From: Nitrospiria bacterium
GTDB taxonomy: Bacteria > Nitrospirota > Nitrospiria > SBBL01 > JAADHI01
Assembly: GCA_945787655.1 (NCBI GenBank)
Contig: CALZIJ010000003.1
Span: forward strand, 4,602-68,601
Length of the DNA: 64,000 nt
Reading direction: 5' to 3'
Shown: piece by piece, positions 19,549 through 30,042 of the stretch
How the letters are laid out: each line of letters starts with the position of its first letter
How positions within the stretch are numbered: position 1 is the stretch's first letter
Made by a program: the position numbers and the translations under genes
Notes under the pieces: generated by a model
The model's database searches: none
Seen by the model: the letters and a program-made list of their open reading frames with translations, nothing else
Told to the model about the DNA's origin: nothing

Positions 19549-22500
19549 GTAACGCTTCCTCCTTCGCCTTTCTTGCCTTTCTGATTTCAAGGACTTTTTT
19601 AAATTCGGATGAAATCACCTTTTCAAATTGTGGCAGCATGTTTTCCCATTGATCCAATACCTGCCGTGCTTTTTGACTTCCGGTATAGGCCAGGTGTTTT
19701 TCAATCAGGCTTTTCAAAAGGTGTTTGTCTTCTTCTGTCTGAACCGGCTCTAATTCGACCAGGCTTAAATTACATTGACGCTCAAAGGTATGGTCCTCAT
19801 TTAACACAAAGGCCAGCCCTCCGCTCATCCCGGCGGCAAAATTACGGCCTGTTTTTCCAAGAACGACAATGACGCCGCCAGTCATATATTCACAGCCGTG
19901 ATCCCCAACACCTTCGATGACGGCCATGGCTCCGCTGTTACGAACGGCGAAACGTTCCCCTGCCACTCCGTAAAAATAGGCCTCTCCACCGGTTGCGCCA
20001 TATAGGGATGTATTCCCGATCAGTATGGTTTCTTCCGGTTCAAAGATGGAATCCTTGGGTGGATAAACAATGATTTTTCCGCCGGAAAGTCCCTTTCCGG
20101 TGTAATCGTTTGCATCTCCCTCTAATGTCAGCGTGAGTCCCTTCGCACAAAAGGCGCCAAAACTCTGGCCGGCTGTCCCTGAAAAATGATAACGAATGGT
20201 ATCTTCCGGAAGACCTTCCGAACCGTAGGTTTTGGCGATTTCTCCTGAAAGCATGGCGCCGACGGTCCGATTGATATTTCGAATGGAAAACGTTTCTTCG
20301 ACCGGAGTCCGTTTTTCCAATGCAGGTTTGGCTTTTTCTATCAGGGTATAATCCAGGGCCTCCTCAAGTCCGTGTTCTTGAGATTTAACACAATAGAGCG
20401 GGATTTCGGGGCCGACTTCAGGTTGGTAAAGCACCGGGGAAAGGTCCAGCCCTTTGGCTTTCCAATGATCAATGGCTTTTTCGTATCGTAGCCGATTGGA
20501 TTGGCCGACCATTTCTTCTATGGTGCGAAAACCGAGTTTGGCCATCCATTCACGGACATCTTCGGCGACAAAACGGAAATAGTTGATGACGTGTTCCGCT
20601 TGTCCACGGTATTTTTTCCGAAGTTCAGGGTCTTGCGTTGCGATGCCGACCGGGCAGGTATTGAGGTGGCATTTACGCATCATGATGCAGCCTTCGACAA
20701 TGAGCGGGGCGGTGGAAAATCCAAATTCTTCCGCACCGAGTAATGCGGCAACGACCACGTCCCGTCCCGTTTTCATTTGTCCGTCGGTTTGAATCCGGGT
20801 TCTTCCCCGTAAATCATTTAACACCAGGGTTTGTTGTGTTTCCGCCAGTCCCAGTTCCCAGGGCAATCCGGCATATTTAATGGACGAAAGCGGGGAGGCC
20901 CCTGTGCCGCCCGAATCGCCTGATATGAGGATGAGGTCTGCATGGGCTTTTGAAACACCGGCCGCTACCGTGCCCACGCCGACTTCTGCCACCAATTTAA
21001 CTGAAATCGCTGCTTTTGGGTTCACGTTTTTCAGGTCGAAGATCAGCTGGGCCAGATCTTCGATTGAGTAGATGTCATGGTGCGGCGGTGGAGAGATAAG
21101 CGTGACACCCGGTGTGGAGTAACGAATTTTGGCGATGATTTCATCAATTTTATGACCGGGAAGCTGGCCACCTTCTCCCGGTTTGGCTCCCTGAGCCATT
21201 TTGATTTGTAATTCTTCCGCGTTGATCAGGTAGTTTGCCGTCACTCCAAATCTTCCTGAGGCGACTTGTTTAATCTTGCTGTTGCGCTCGTCTTTGAAAC
21301 GCTCTTCGTGTTCGCCACCTTCACCGGTATTGCTTCGGCCTCCGATGCGGTTCATGGCGACCGCGAGGGTTTCGTGTGATTCCTCACTGATTGCTCCGTA
21401 AGACATGGCGCCAGTGGTGAAGCGTTTCATGATGCGCTCAACCGGCTCGACTTCTTCGATGGGTATGGCTTTTGATTCCTTGAATTCAAACAGGCCTCTC
21501 AAGGTAGAGCGGCGTTTTGATTCATCATTCACAATATTTGAGAATGTTTTGTAAATATCGTAGTTGTTGTCTCGCGTCGCGTGCTGCAATGTGGCGATGG
21601 ATTCGGGATTCCAGTTGTGATGTTCTTCCTGAATACGATAGTGGTATTCTCCGCCGAAATTCAGTTGACGCACGGGATGAAGTGTGTGATAGGCCGTGGT
21701 ATGCCGCTGTAAAACCTCTTCTGCAATGATGTCGATTCCGATCCCGCCAATTTTAGAGGGGGTTCCTGTAAAATAACGATCAATGGTTTCCTGATTGAGT
21801 CCAATGGCTTCATAAATTTGGGCGCCGCAATAACTCTGAACAGTTGAAATACCCATTTTGGAAAAGATTTTCAGCAATCCTTTATTCACCGCTTTAATGT
21901 ACTTATCTTCTGCGGTCGCTTCGTCGATGGTTTCAGGCAGATACTCCTCGCGCGCCATGTCGGTGAGGGTCTCAAACGCAAGATAAGGGTTGATGCTGCC
22001 GGCCCCGTAACCGATCAGCTGGGCAAAATGCGCGACTTCCCGCGCCTCTCCGGTTTCAACAATCAAGCCGATTTCTGTTCGAAGGGATTCACGGATCAAG
22101 TGGTGATGGACAGCTGAAACCGCTAGTAAAGAAGGAATCGGCGCCCATTCTTCATTAATTTCGCAATCACTCAGGATAATGAATTTGTAGCCGGCCTCGA
22201 TGGCATCGCTGGCTTCCTGGCAGAGCCGGTCAACGGCAATGGCCATTTCTTTTGGCCCGTTGGCGGCCCGGAATAACATTTTTAGCGTGATGGGTTTAAA
22301 ATGCGGGTCTGAAAGCTGTCGTATTTTTTCGAGATCGGCATTGGTCAAAATCGGTTGTTTAATTTTAATACGCCGCGCATGCTGCGGGGTTTCCGCCAGG
22401 AGATTGGCTTTTGGGCCGATGGTGGTGATGAGTGACATGACCAGGTGTTCACGGATCGGATCAATTGGCGGGTTCGTGACCTGGGCAAAAAGCTGCTTAA

Positions 22501-24094
22501 AATATTTAAATAACAGTTGAGGACGTTCTGATAAAACGGCAAGCGGGGTATCGTTTCCCATAGATCCAACCGCTTCCTCTCCACTGACGGCCATGGGCGT
22601 GAGCAACATTTTAAGGTCTTCTATGGTGTATCCGAAGGTTTGCTGACGCTGGCGCAGGGTGGCATGATTCGGTTGCAGCAGGTTTAAAGGCTCAGGGAGT
22701 TCACTCAAACTGATGCGATAAGTGGATACCCATTCGCGGTAGGGCTGTTGGGAGGCCATTTTGGCTTTGATTTCATCGTCATCGATAATGCGCCCTTGCT
22801 CAGTGTCGATTAAAAACATCTTTCCGGGTTGCAAACGCCCCTTGGTCCGGATTTCAGAAGGTTTGAAATCAAGCACACCGGTTTCCGAGGCTAAAACGGC
22901 CAAATCGTCCTGCGTGACAAGGTAGCGGGCGGGGCGAAGTCCGTTTCTGTCCAGTGTGGCGCCGACCGTTTTCCCGTCAGTAAAAGCAATGGCCGCGGGG
23001 CCGTCCCAGGGCTCCATCATCGCGGCGTGATATTCGTAAAACCCCCGGCGGTCGAGGTCCATATGCGGATTTCCCGCCCAGGCTTCCGGAATGAGCATCA
23101 TCATGGCGTGGGGAAGAGACCGCCCTCCCATGACCAGAAATTCCAGGGCATTGTCAAAACAGGCAGAATCACTTTGTTCAGAATCAATAATGGGAAAAAG
23201 CTTCTGAAGGTCGCCTTTAAAAAGCCCTGAGGAAAACCGGCCCTGCCGGGCCCGCATCCAGTTTACGTTTCCTTTTAAGGTGTTAATTTCTCCATTATGG
23301 CAGGTATAGCGAAAGGGATGCGCCAAAGGCCAGCTGGGAAAGGTGTTCGTTGAAAACCGGGAGTGGACGAGGGCGATGGCACTCGTGGCGTCGGGGTCCA
23401 GCAGGTCCGGGTAAAATCGGGGCAGCTGATCCGGCATGAGCAGACCCTTGTATAAAATAGTGTTGCAGGAAAGGCTGCACACATAAAAAAAGTCTTTCTC
23501 TTCAATGGCGGAATCCTGGACTGCAGTCTCGACCCGCCGCCGGAGCACGTATAATTTACGCTCGAATTCTGCTTCGCTTAATATATCGCGGGCAATAAAG
23601 ATTTGTCGGATGGCCGGCAGGCTCTTTTGAGCCATGACGCCGATGTGCTCTTTTTGGGTCGGCACATCCCGCCAGCCCAAGAGGCGTTGCTCTTCTTCCG
23701 TAATAATTTTCTCAAATAATTTTTCGCAGGCTTCACGGTCCTTTGTTGAGGGGGGAAGAAACACCATTCCGACACCATAAGCCCCGGGTTGGGGGAGTTT
23801 GATGCCGATTTCTTTCGTCGTCCGCATAAATAAAGTATGCGGCACTTGAAAAAGGATGCCCGCCCCGTCGCCGGTACACGGGTCACAACCCACGGCGCCC
23901 CGATGGCTGAGGTTTTCAAGTACTGTCATTCCCTTTTTGAGAATGTCGTGCGAACGCACGCCTTTAATGTTGGCGACCATACCGATACCACAACTATCGT
24001 GTTCATTTTTAGGGTCGTAGAGGCCTTGATTGGCTGGAAATAGCTTTCGATAAGGTGGATGTGTGGTTGGTGCAGGCTGAGTCGTGTTTTTCAT
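19541..24094 (-). CDS. gltB: Glutamate synthase large subunit
   Basis: 1517 aa with Ntn-amidotransferase Cys1 context [12 protein letters not shown], the FMN/3Fe-4S central domains and a C-terminal GXGXG beta-helix domain. Confidence 0.95.
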   Translation of the reverse strand: MKNTTQPAPTTHPPYRKLFPANQGLYDPKNEHDSCGIGMVANIKGVRSHDILKKGMTVLENLSHRGAVGCDPCTGDGAGILFQVPHTLFMRTTKEIGIKLPQPGAYGVGMVFLPPSTKDREACEKLFEKIITEEEQRLLGWRDVPTQKEHIGVMAQKSLPAIRQIFIARDILSEAEFERKLYVLRRRVETAVQDSAIEEKDFFYVCSLSCNTILYKGLLMPDQLPRFYPDLLDPDATSAIALVHSRFSTNTFPSWPLAHPFRYTCHNGEINTLKGNVNWMRARQGRFSSGLFKGDLQKLFPIIDSEQSDSACFDNALEFLVMGGRSLPHAMMMLIPEAWAGNPHMDLDRRGFYEYHAAMMEPWDGPAAIAFTDGKTVGATLDRNGLRPARYLVTQDDLAVLASETGVLDFKPSEIRTKGRLQPGKMFLIDTEQGRIIDDDEIKAKMASQQPYREWVSTYRISLSELPEPLNLLQPNHATLRQRQQTFGYTIEDLKMLLTPMAVSGEEAVGSMGNDTPLAVLSERPQLLFKYFKQLFAQVTNPPIDPIREHLVMSLITTIGPKANLLAETPQHARRIKIKQPILTNADLEKIRQLSDPHFKPITLKMLFRAANGPKEMAIAVDRLCQEASDAIEAGYKFIILSDCEINEEWAPIPSLLAVSAVHHHLIRESLRTEIGLIVETGEAREVAHFAQLIGYGAGSINPYLAFETLTDMAREEYLPETIDEATAEDKYIKAVNKGLLKIFSKMGISTVQSYCGAQIYEAIGLNQETIDRYFTGTPSKIGGIGIDIIAEEVLQRHTTAYHTLHPVRQLNFGGEYHYRIQEEHHNWNPESIATLQHATRDNNYDIYKTFSNIVNDESKRRSTLRGLFEFKESKAIPIEEVEPVERIMKRFTTGAMSYGAISEESHETLAVAMNRIGGRSNTGEGGEHEERFKDERNSKIKQVASGRFGVTANYLINAEELQIKMAQGAKPGEGGQLPGHKIDEIIAKIRYSTPGVTLISPPPHHDIYSIEDLAQLIFDLKNVNPKAAISVKLVAEVGVGTVAAGVSKAHADLILISGDSGGTGASPLSSIKYAGLPWELGLAETQQTLVLNDLRGRTRIQTDGQMKTGRDVVVAALLGAEEFGFSTAPLIVEGCIMMRKCHLNTCPVGIATQDPELRKKYRGQAEHVINYFRFVAEDVREWMAKLGFRTIEEMVGQSNRLRYEKAIDHWKAKGLDLSPVLYQPEVGPEIPLYCVKSQEHGLEEALDYTLIEKAKPALEKRTPVEETFSIRNINRTVGAMLSGEIAKTYGSEGLPEDTIRYHFSGTAGQSFGAFCAKGLTLTLEGDANDYTGKGLSGGKIIVYPPKDSIFEPEETILIGNTSLYGATGGEAYFYGVAGERFAVRNSGAMAVIEGVGDHGCEYMTGGVIVVLGKTGRNFAAGMSGGLAFVLNEDHTFERQCNLSLVELEPVQTEEDKHLLKSLIEKHLAYTGSQKARQVLDQWENMLPQFEKVISSEFKKVLEIRKARKAKEEALHG

Positions 24095-24302
24095 AATCCT
24101 CCGTGAATCTTTGGGTCGTTCTGTTTCCTTAATTAATTAAGCGGTTCAAGTTCATTGATCAATTCATATCATCTATGAACTAAACGAGGCGTAGTAGTAT
24201 AGCTCAGGCCACGGGTCCAAGACAAGAGATCACGCCTCGGGGCAAAGCAGAAATTAAAGGGAGATATTGAACAGGGTTTGTCGAGAATTCAAGAAGAGAA
24301 AC

Positions 24303-24659
24303 CTAGTAGGACTTATATTCAGCAAAGCCTTTTTCAACCATTTCATCGTTAATATTGATGTATTTTTCCTGTTCCTTGATCCAGATTTCAACGAGATATC
24401 TGCCGTATTTTCCTTTATCGTCTTTCTCGGTCTGAAGCAAGATTTCTTTATTTCCGATTCTGTTCCTTAAATAATCTCTGGATAAATATCCTGCTTGCTT
24501 TTCCTGCCCACGCACTTCAGGGGCGTTGATTCGACTTAAACGCACCGGCTCGTTTTTAACCACAATACTTAACCCTAAATCAATATCGACCCGGATGGTG
24601 TCTCCATCATATATAGTCAGAACAGTCCCTTTGTAACAATACAAGTTTGTTTGATCCAT
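24303..24659 (-). CDS. Small staphylococcal-nuclease (SNase/thermonuclease)-like protein, no signal peptide
   Basis: YDGDTIRV, VRLSRINAPE and GKYGRYLVEIW align by eye with the SNase Ca-binding and catalytic segments (DGDT, RLLLVDTPE, YGRGLAYIY). Confidence 0.8.
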   Translation of the reverse strand: MDQTNLYCYKGTVLTIYDGDTIRVDIDLGLSIVVKNEPVRLSRINAPEVRGQEKQAGYLSRDYLRNRIGNKEILLQTEKDDKGKYGRYLVEIWIKEQEKYININDEMVEKGFAEYKSY

Positions 24660-24796
24660 ACGATGTCTCCTTTTTTGTGGATGTTTGAATACTGCCTGAC
24701 GAACGGGATGTAAAAATTTTCACTCAATGCGGCATAGTACCCGACTTCAAGGCAGATTACAATGCTGTGACAGTTACCCACTCCTGTTTTTGGAGC

Positions 24797-25858
24797 TCAA
24801 ACAAGTGTGAGAGGCGCGTAGCTTACCGGCAAGCCCGTGAGTTCCAGGAGCCATTCGGCGATTGCATCCGGAGGCAGGGGAGAGCGGTTGAGGCGGATTT
24901 CCAATTTAAAGCCGGAGGTATCTCCAATCAGTCCCATGACCGCCGAGGCTTTCAAGGCATCGGGCAGGAACTGTTCCGTTTGAAATTCACAAAGGGTCAT
25001 CAGCGCCCGCCCTTTATTTTTTTTCATTGCCTCGATGACTTCAGGGAAATTATTCAGACAGGCGTGGATATACCCCCGATAGATCATTTTAGCGCCAGGT
25101 TGCAGTTGGTGAAATGCCTGAAGGGCTTCTTGTGTAAAGCCGGAAAGAAAGGTTTTGATAATGGCGGGATGTTTGCCGGTTTTCGCCACGAGGCGCGCGC
25201 CCGGTACGAGGAGTGAATAACGGTCTGAGACGACATACTCAAATTGACAGGGACCAAATGCATCAGGCCAGGAAACGGAAACGGCGGCATCCATCCCTTC
25301 TGTGACAATGGACAACTTATCTTGATGCCACTCGACGAAAAGGGGTAAGTCGAGCAGTTCAATGGCGGATGAAAACATGCGGACGCGTTCTGAAATCCAG
25401 GAAAGCCGGTTTGTATCGGTTTCTCCCGGGGTAATGATTTTGGCCGGAACGACCCGGACACGGACAAAGCCGTGCGTTTCACGAAAGCCTACCCAAAACA
25501 AGGCCTCGGTCTCATGGTGTTGAACTTCTAAAGCATCGGGAATATGCCAGGGATGACAAATGGAAAGATAACCCTCCATATCCGGAAATTTCCGGTAAAG
25601 GTCGTGGTGGGTGCCGGCCAACAGAAAAAAATCTCCTTCCCAGCGTTCATTAATTTGGAGCAGGGTCATTTCTTCGATGGTCCACGGGTCAAGCCGGTCA
25701 ATTTCATGAATATGATCGACCGAAAGTTCCTCAATATAACAGGCGGTTTCTTCAAACATCCCCCGGACTTTCAATCCTTTGTCCTTGAGGCGAGCTCGAA
25801 GTGTTGTGATCTGATCAAAAGAAATGGGGTGTTGAGACTCCCAGCGTTGTTCCCTCAT
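24797..25858 (-). CDS. Hypothetical protein (353 aa), no recognisable motif
   Basis: Long ORF with ordinary composition. It lies 25 nt downstream of the DUF502 gene on the same strand. Confidence 0.55.
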   Translation of the reverse strand: MREQRWESQHPISFDQITTLRARLKDKGLKVRGMFEETACYIEELSVDHIHEIDRLDPWTIEEMTLLQINERWEGDFFLLAGTHHDLYRKFPDMEGYLSICHPWHIPDALEVQHHETEALFWVGFRETHGFVRVRVVPAKIITPGETDTNRLSWISERVRMFSSAIELLDLPLFVEWHQDKLSIVTEGMDAAVSVSWPDAFGPCQFEYVVSDRYSLLVPGARLVAKTGKHPAIIKTFLSGFTQEALQAFHQLQPGAKMIYRGYIHACLNNFPEVIEAMKKNKGRALMTLCEFQTEQFLPDALKASAVMGLIGDTSGFKLEIRLNRSPLPPDAIAEWLLELTGLPVSYAPLTLV

Positions 25859-25883
25859 GGGTTTGGATTCCTATTGCTGAGGT

Positions 25884-26510
25884 TCATGATTTGGACAGGG
25901 GCTTGTCTTTTTTCTCTGCTTGCTTTTGAACTCCGGTCACACCGGCGGTGATGGTAAAACGCATGGCTTCTTCCATGCTCATATTCAGGGGCCGTACCGC
26001 ATTTCGGGGCATAAGGACAGCGTATCCTCCAATCATATAACTCATGGGTAAGTATACCAGTATGCTGTCTTCTTCCCGAAAGCTTTCCGGAAGCCGCTCA
26101 GTGATGGCCTGGGTGACAAAGCCAATTACGTGCATGCCGGAGTTTCCAAGCGAAACGGACACAACTTGCTGAAAATCTTTTTTTGAAGTGGGTGAAAAAT
26201 AATGGAAGAAATCCCGAATCGCCCCGTAGAGAGACTTGATTAAAGGCATCCGGTAGAGCAGGTTTTCCCCCTTGGCGAATAGCCGCTGGACCACATAGGC
26301 ATGCATCAGCAGTCCGATGGTGAAGACGACAGCCAAACCCGCCAAGACCCCCATGCCCGGCTGATAGAGGTTTTCAGGGAGGATAGTTCGAAGCAGGGTT
26401 CCAAGGGCGGATTCCGCAGATACCGCAAACCAGTACAGGACATACAATGTCAAGATAACCGGCAGGATGGCCACGAGTCCGGTCAAAATATTTCTGCCAA
26501 TAAATTTCAT
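25884..26510 (-). CDS. DUF502 family membrane protein
   Basis: N-terminus GRNILTGLVAILPVILTLYVLYWF and overall 2-TM plus soluble-domain layout typical of DUF502. Confidence 0.7.
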   Translation of the reverse strand: MKFIGRNILTGLVAILPVILTLYVLYWFAVSAESALGTLLRTILPENLYQPGMGVLAGLAVVFTIGLLMHAYVVQRLFAKGENLLYRMPLIKSLYGAIRDFFHYFSPTSKKDFQQVVSVSLGNSGMHVIGFVTQAITERLPESFREEDSILVYLPMSYMIGGYAVLMPRNAVRPLNMSMEEAMRFTITAGVTGVQKQAEKKDKPLSKS

Positions 26511-26714
26511 TATTGAAATTTACTCTGTTTAAGGGTTTTGAGGCAAGCTAAATACATGATACTGAAAAAGAACATCAGTATTGAAAGCCCGTTGGATGGA
26601 AGAATCGTTACTGAAAATTTGTGATTAAGGGGTTGGTTGACGCTGTCGGTTAGGTGTTTTGCTTGAAACGGGGGGCGGGTGGTGTTTTAAAACAGGTCTT
26701 TGAGGAGACTGGAC

Positions 26715-28919
26715 TTATGGGGTGAAGGAAAAAGTCATACCATACACGGCTCCGCTGTTTTCGGAAGTGTTATCGGGAGTGATGCTTAAGTCTTCACGAA
26801 TGCCGATTAAGGCACTGTCTTCAGAAGGTGCACCAATCATCAGGTTATTTCCTGAAAGTGCGATGCTGAAACCAAATTTGTCTGATTCATCTGAATGGAA
26901 TGCTTTAACATAGCTTTGCTGATGCCACGAGGTGCCTATGCGGTTAAACAAATAGACCGCACCACTGTTTCTCAAGGTATTATCACCCATATTGCCGTCT
27001 GTCCGTTCGGCGGCACTGTCCTCAAGGTACGCGCTGACTGCAAGAAAATCTTTTGACAGGGAAATACCATAACCAAAGCTGTCGAAGGCGTTTGTGTTCG
27101 GCGCTTTGATATAGGCTTCCCTGGCCCATTCTGAAATCGTGACGGACTTGCCGTCTATAATTTTTTGGACAGGCCCGTATCGATAGAGATAGACTGCCCC
27201 GCTTTCTTTCGCGGTGTTGTTAAATGCAAGACCGTTAATTTGGGTCTCAGGGCTGTCTTCTCCCGGCGCGCCAATGGCCAACCAGTCCCCTGATGTATTG
27301 CTATAAAGACTTATGCTTGATCCAAAACCATCGGATTGATTATTGTTGAACGCTTTAATATAGGCTTCCTGGTTCCAGAGGTCTTCTGATTGTCTGAAAA
27401 TGTATACTGCGCCGCTATTACTTAACCCGTTATTGTTTTGAATATCACTGTCGTCCTGGTTTTGAATGATGGTTTTTGAGACGCTGTCTTCCTGGGGGGC
27501 GCCGACAGCCAGGGTTTCTTTTGAAAGCGCCAGGTTCAAACCGAAGGCATCATGAGCCTCTGTGTTAGAGGCCTTGATATAAGCGGTCTGACTCCAAATG
27601 ACCCCGTTACGATTGAAAAGGTATACTGCGCCACTGTCTTTTTCGGTATTATCAGTTTGTTTGTCACTGTCTACGCCAGTGCCGCTGCTGTCTTCAAGTA
27701 ATGCGCTGACCGCCAGGGTGTCTTCAAAAAGGGCGACACTTGAGCCAAAATAATCAAAGGTATCCGGGTTGGAAGCTTTGATATAGGCTGCTTGGTTCCA
27801 TGTCACGCCATTACGTTTAAAAACATACACGGCGCCGCTGTCGGTCCGGTCATTATTGAATTCATTTCCATTGTCATTGATCCCGACGGCAATACTGTCC
27901 TCCAGCCGTGCGGACACTGCCAGGGTGTCCCCGAACAAGGCAAGGTTTCTTCCGAAATCGTCTCCGGGATCAGTATTTGAAGCTTTAATCAAAGCTTCCT
28001 GGTGCCAGATAGTTCCTTCTTTTTTAAAGATATAGACGGCCCCGCTGTCTTGTTTGTCGTTATTTCCAAGCGGTCCATCAGGGTTGCTGTCTTCTCCAGG
28101 TGCGCCGACAGCCAGGGTGTTTTCAAATAAAGCGACCTGGATACCAAACTGATCAAATGATCCCGTCGTTGAGGCTTTAATATAGGTTTCTTCAGCAAAA
28201 TCGCTGGATTTTTGCCGTGTGACGACGATGGTATAGGTTTTCTGTGTCACACTATTCGGGGCGGTGATGATTACTTCTATTTTGTTTTCTCCCACTTCGT
28301 AATTCACGGGTGGTAAGGAGGAATTGTCTTCCCCATTCACTGAAACCGTTGCGCCACTTGCTACAACTTTGGTGAAAACAGTACTCTCGGTTTCAAGGAA
28401 GCCTACCTCAGCAGTGTATTGTGTAGTTCCAGGATTAAATGGCGGAGATAATGTCCCGCGGGCAAGGGATAAATCAGACAGGTTTGCATTTGATGAAAGC
28501 GGGAGAGCCCGGTTTATTATAACGGTATAAACCTTTTGGGTCACACCGTCTGCGGCATTCACAGTTAGTTGAACCACATTTTCACCGACATGCAGATCCA
28601 GCGGAAGCGAAGGAGAGGAAATGCCGACAATTGTAACCGTTGCTCCGGGGTCAACAGTAGTCGGAGTTATTATGATTTGATCCACTATTCCAGGAACCGT
28701 GGCGGTATAATCAATTAATCCAGGTGAAAAGGGGGGTGTTAATGTGCCGTTGGACAAGGTCAAATGGCTGAGTTCGGCATTGGCGGAACCTGTGCTAGGT
28801 TTTGGTTCAAGATTACAGGAAAACAGAAATAAAGAAATTAAAAGATAACAGTAAAAACCCAGAGGTGAGGGAATGCTGAATTGAGGTGTAGACCGGTTTT
28901 GAATTGAATCGTTCTTCAT
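26715..28919 (-). CDS. Surface lipoprotein: two cadherin-like beta-sandwich domains + seven FG-GAP/integrin-alpha-like repeats
   Basis: Lipobox LFSC (Cys35). There are two LS.L.LS.GTL.PPF.PG...YTA units. Seven repeats follow of the form D.FG..(V/I)AL....LAVGAP.EDS...(D/N)SGAVY(I/L)F....W.Q.AYIKA. Confidence 0.8.
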   Translation of the reverse strand: MKNDSIQNRSTPQFSIPSPLGFYCYLLISLFLFSCNLEPKPSTGSANAELSHLTLSNGTLTPPFSPGLIDYTATVPGIVDQIIITPTTVDPGATVTIVGISSPSLPLDLHVGENVVQLTVNAADGVTQKVYTVIINRALPLSSNANLSDLSLARGTLSPPFNPGTTQYTAEVGFLETESTVFTKVVASGATVSVNGEDNSSLPPVNYEVGENKIEVIITAPNSVTQKTYTIVVTRQKSSDFAEETYIKASTTGSFDQFGIQVALFENTLAVGAPGEDSNPDGPLGNNDKQDSGAVYIFKKEGTIWHQEALIKASNTDPGDDFGRNLALFGDTLAVSARLEDSIAVGINDNGNEFNNDRTDSGAVYVFKRNGVTWNQAAYIKASNPDTFDYFGSSVALFEDTLAVSALLEDSSGTGVDSDKQTDNTEKDSGAVYLFNRNGVIWSQTAYIKASNTEAHDAFGLNLALSKETLAVGAPQEDSVSKTIIQNQDDSDIQNNNGLSNSGAVYIFRQSEDLWNQEAYIKAFNNNQSDGFGSSISLYSNTSGDWLAIGAPGEDSPETQINGLAFNNTAKESGAVYLYRYGPVQKIIDGKSVTISEWAREAYIKAPNTNAFDSFGYGISLSKDFLAVSAYLEDSAAERTDGNMGDNTLRNSGAVYLFNRIGTSWHQQSYVKAFHSDESDKFGFSIALSGNNLMIGAPSEDSALIGIREDLSITPDNTSENSGAVYGMTFSFTP
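26718..28187 (-). repeat. Seven tandem coding repeats (~60-80 aa each) encoding FG-GAP-like propeller blades
   Basis: Each unit carries an FG core, LAVGAP/LAVSA, EDS and SGAVY motifs. Repeats are diverged at the DNA level. Confidence 0.7.
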
Positions 28920-29207
28920 AGAAAACCCCTACGCCCCATTCGAATTTTGCAAGCATACAGAAGATTTAGTCTGGGAGCTTAATTTATTTTTTATAAAAAA
29001 TCAATATGATAAATAAAATGGTAATTATTTTGGGGGAATTGCTTTAAAGTAATGCTAATCGTTATTGATCCAAAGAGACTGTGGACACACGATGTGGTCG
29101 CGTGAAATGTTTCGGTTTTTTTGATCAGCTATTGTTTCATAAGTATTGATAAGATTGAAATGAATTTTCCTGAATTTCCATGATGAATCATGAATCTGGG
29201 TTCTGTC

Positions 29208-29235
29208 GCTTGGGCGTCATATCAGACGCCCAAGC
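29208..29235 (-). terminator. GC-rich hairpin just downstream of the Spy/ZraP-like gene
   Basis: gcttgggcgtc-atatca-gacgcccaagc is a perfect 11-bp stem with a 6-nt loop, 16 nt after the stop at 29251. No U-tract follows, so it is not a canonical intrinsic terminator. Confidence 0.4.
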
Positions 29236-29250
29236 ACCGAAAATTAGGGT

Positions 29251-29748
29251 TTATTTCTTGGGTTTCATTGCCCGGCCAATAATCATCATGTCATAGGATA
29301 GCCGTTGTTCAGGAGACAAGATCCCGCGCATTTCTGCGATATGGTGAAAGCGCTTTTGAATTTTCTGCCGTTTTAAATCCAGAATTTCATTTATTTTTTG
29401 ATCGATTGCTTTGAGATCAGCCGCGTCTTGTGTGGCTAAAATCGCCAGTTCGGCTTTCTTTAATTTGATCATGGCCTTGATGGGCGCACTTTCTTTCATC
29501 AGTGTAATATGCATTTTATCGACTTCCAGTTTTTGGTGATCGCTGAGGGTGTCGTGCCAGTCATCCGAGAAAAGGTGCTTTTTATGCCCGCCTTCCTTGT
29601 GGGTCTTTTTGGGGGTTCCGTGCTTTTTCCCGTGTTGGATGGGGGGGTGATTACTACCGGAGTGTTTTTTATCGGCCAATGCCGGGTGAGCAAAGATAAA
29701 ACTACTTAAAGTAAACACGATTAAAATGAATGTCGTTCTGATTTTCAT
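29251..29748 (-). CDS. Periplasmic Spy/CpxP/ZraP-family protein with His-rich N-terminal region
   Basis: Signal peptide (FILIVFTLSSFIFAHPALA), His/Lys-rich stretch HSGSNHPPIQHGKKHGTPKKTHKEGGHKKH, and two LTxxQ-like motifs (LSDHQ, LSPEQ). Confidence 0.7.
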   Translation of the reverse strand: MKIRTTFILIVFTLSSFIFAHPALADKKHSGSNHPPIQHGKKHGTPKKTHKEGGHKKHLFSDDWHDTLSDHQKLEVDKMHITLMKESAPIKAMIKLKKAELAILATQDAADLKAIDQKINEILDLKRQKIQKRFHHIAEMRGILSPEQRLSYDMMIIGRAMKPKK

Positions 29749-30042
29749 TGTTCTCCTCCGTGATGGTTGTTTGGATGTGTTTCATAACATATTACATGAT
29801 TTGGATACCTAATCTGAATAGAAAGTATTTCGTCGTGTATCGCCTCGTTTCTAAAGATTAGAAGATGATTCTTTTCAAGCATTGAGTGGTTTCCTAAAAA
29901 AACGGCTGCCAGCAAATGAATGTTTTGAGGTATTTTTAATATCCTGTTTTGGGCGTTTTGGAAGACGTGTTGCCCTTTTTGTTTAAAATAATGTGTTTTG
30001 AGACTTAATGGGGTTTCAGGGGTAGTATCCCTTGGTTTGAAT

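Noticed and set aside
19609-24043. Numerous 60-110-aa ORFs on the plus strand inside gltB (e.g. 20501-20743, 22200-22520, 23027-23230) and same-strand out-of-frame ORFs (22345-22584, 23578-23919)
   Set aside because: These are shadow ORFs inside a 1517-aa gene with unmistakable glutamate-synthase sequence. They have no motifs or start context.
24190-24215. tRNA-like string GTAGTATAGCTCAGGCC (D-arm-like TAGCTCAG) upstream of gltB
   Set aside because: No acceptor stem, anticodon arm or GGTTCGAATCC-type T-arm can be built around it. The enclosing inverted repeat spans only ~55 nt.
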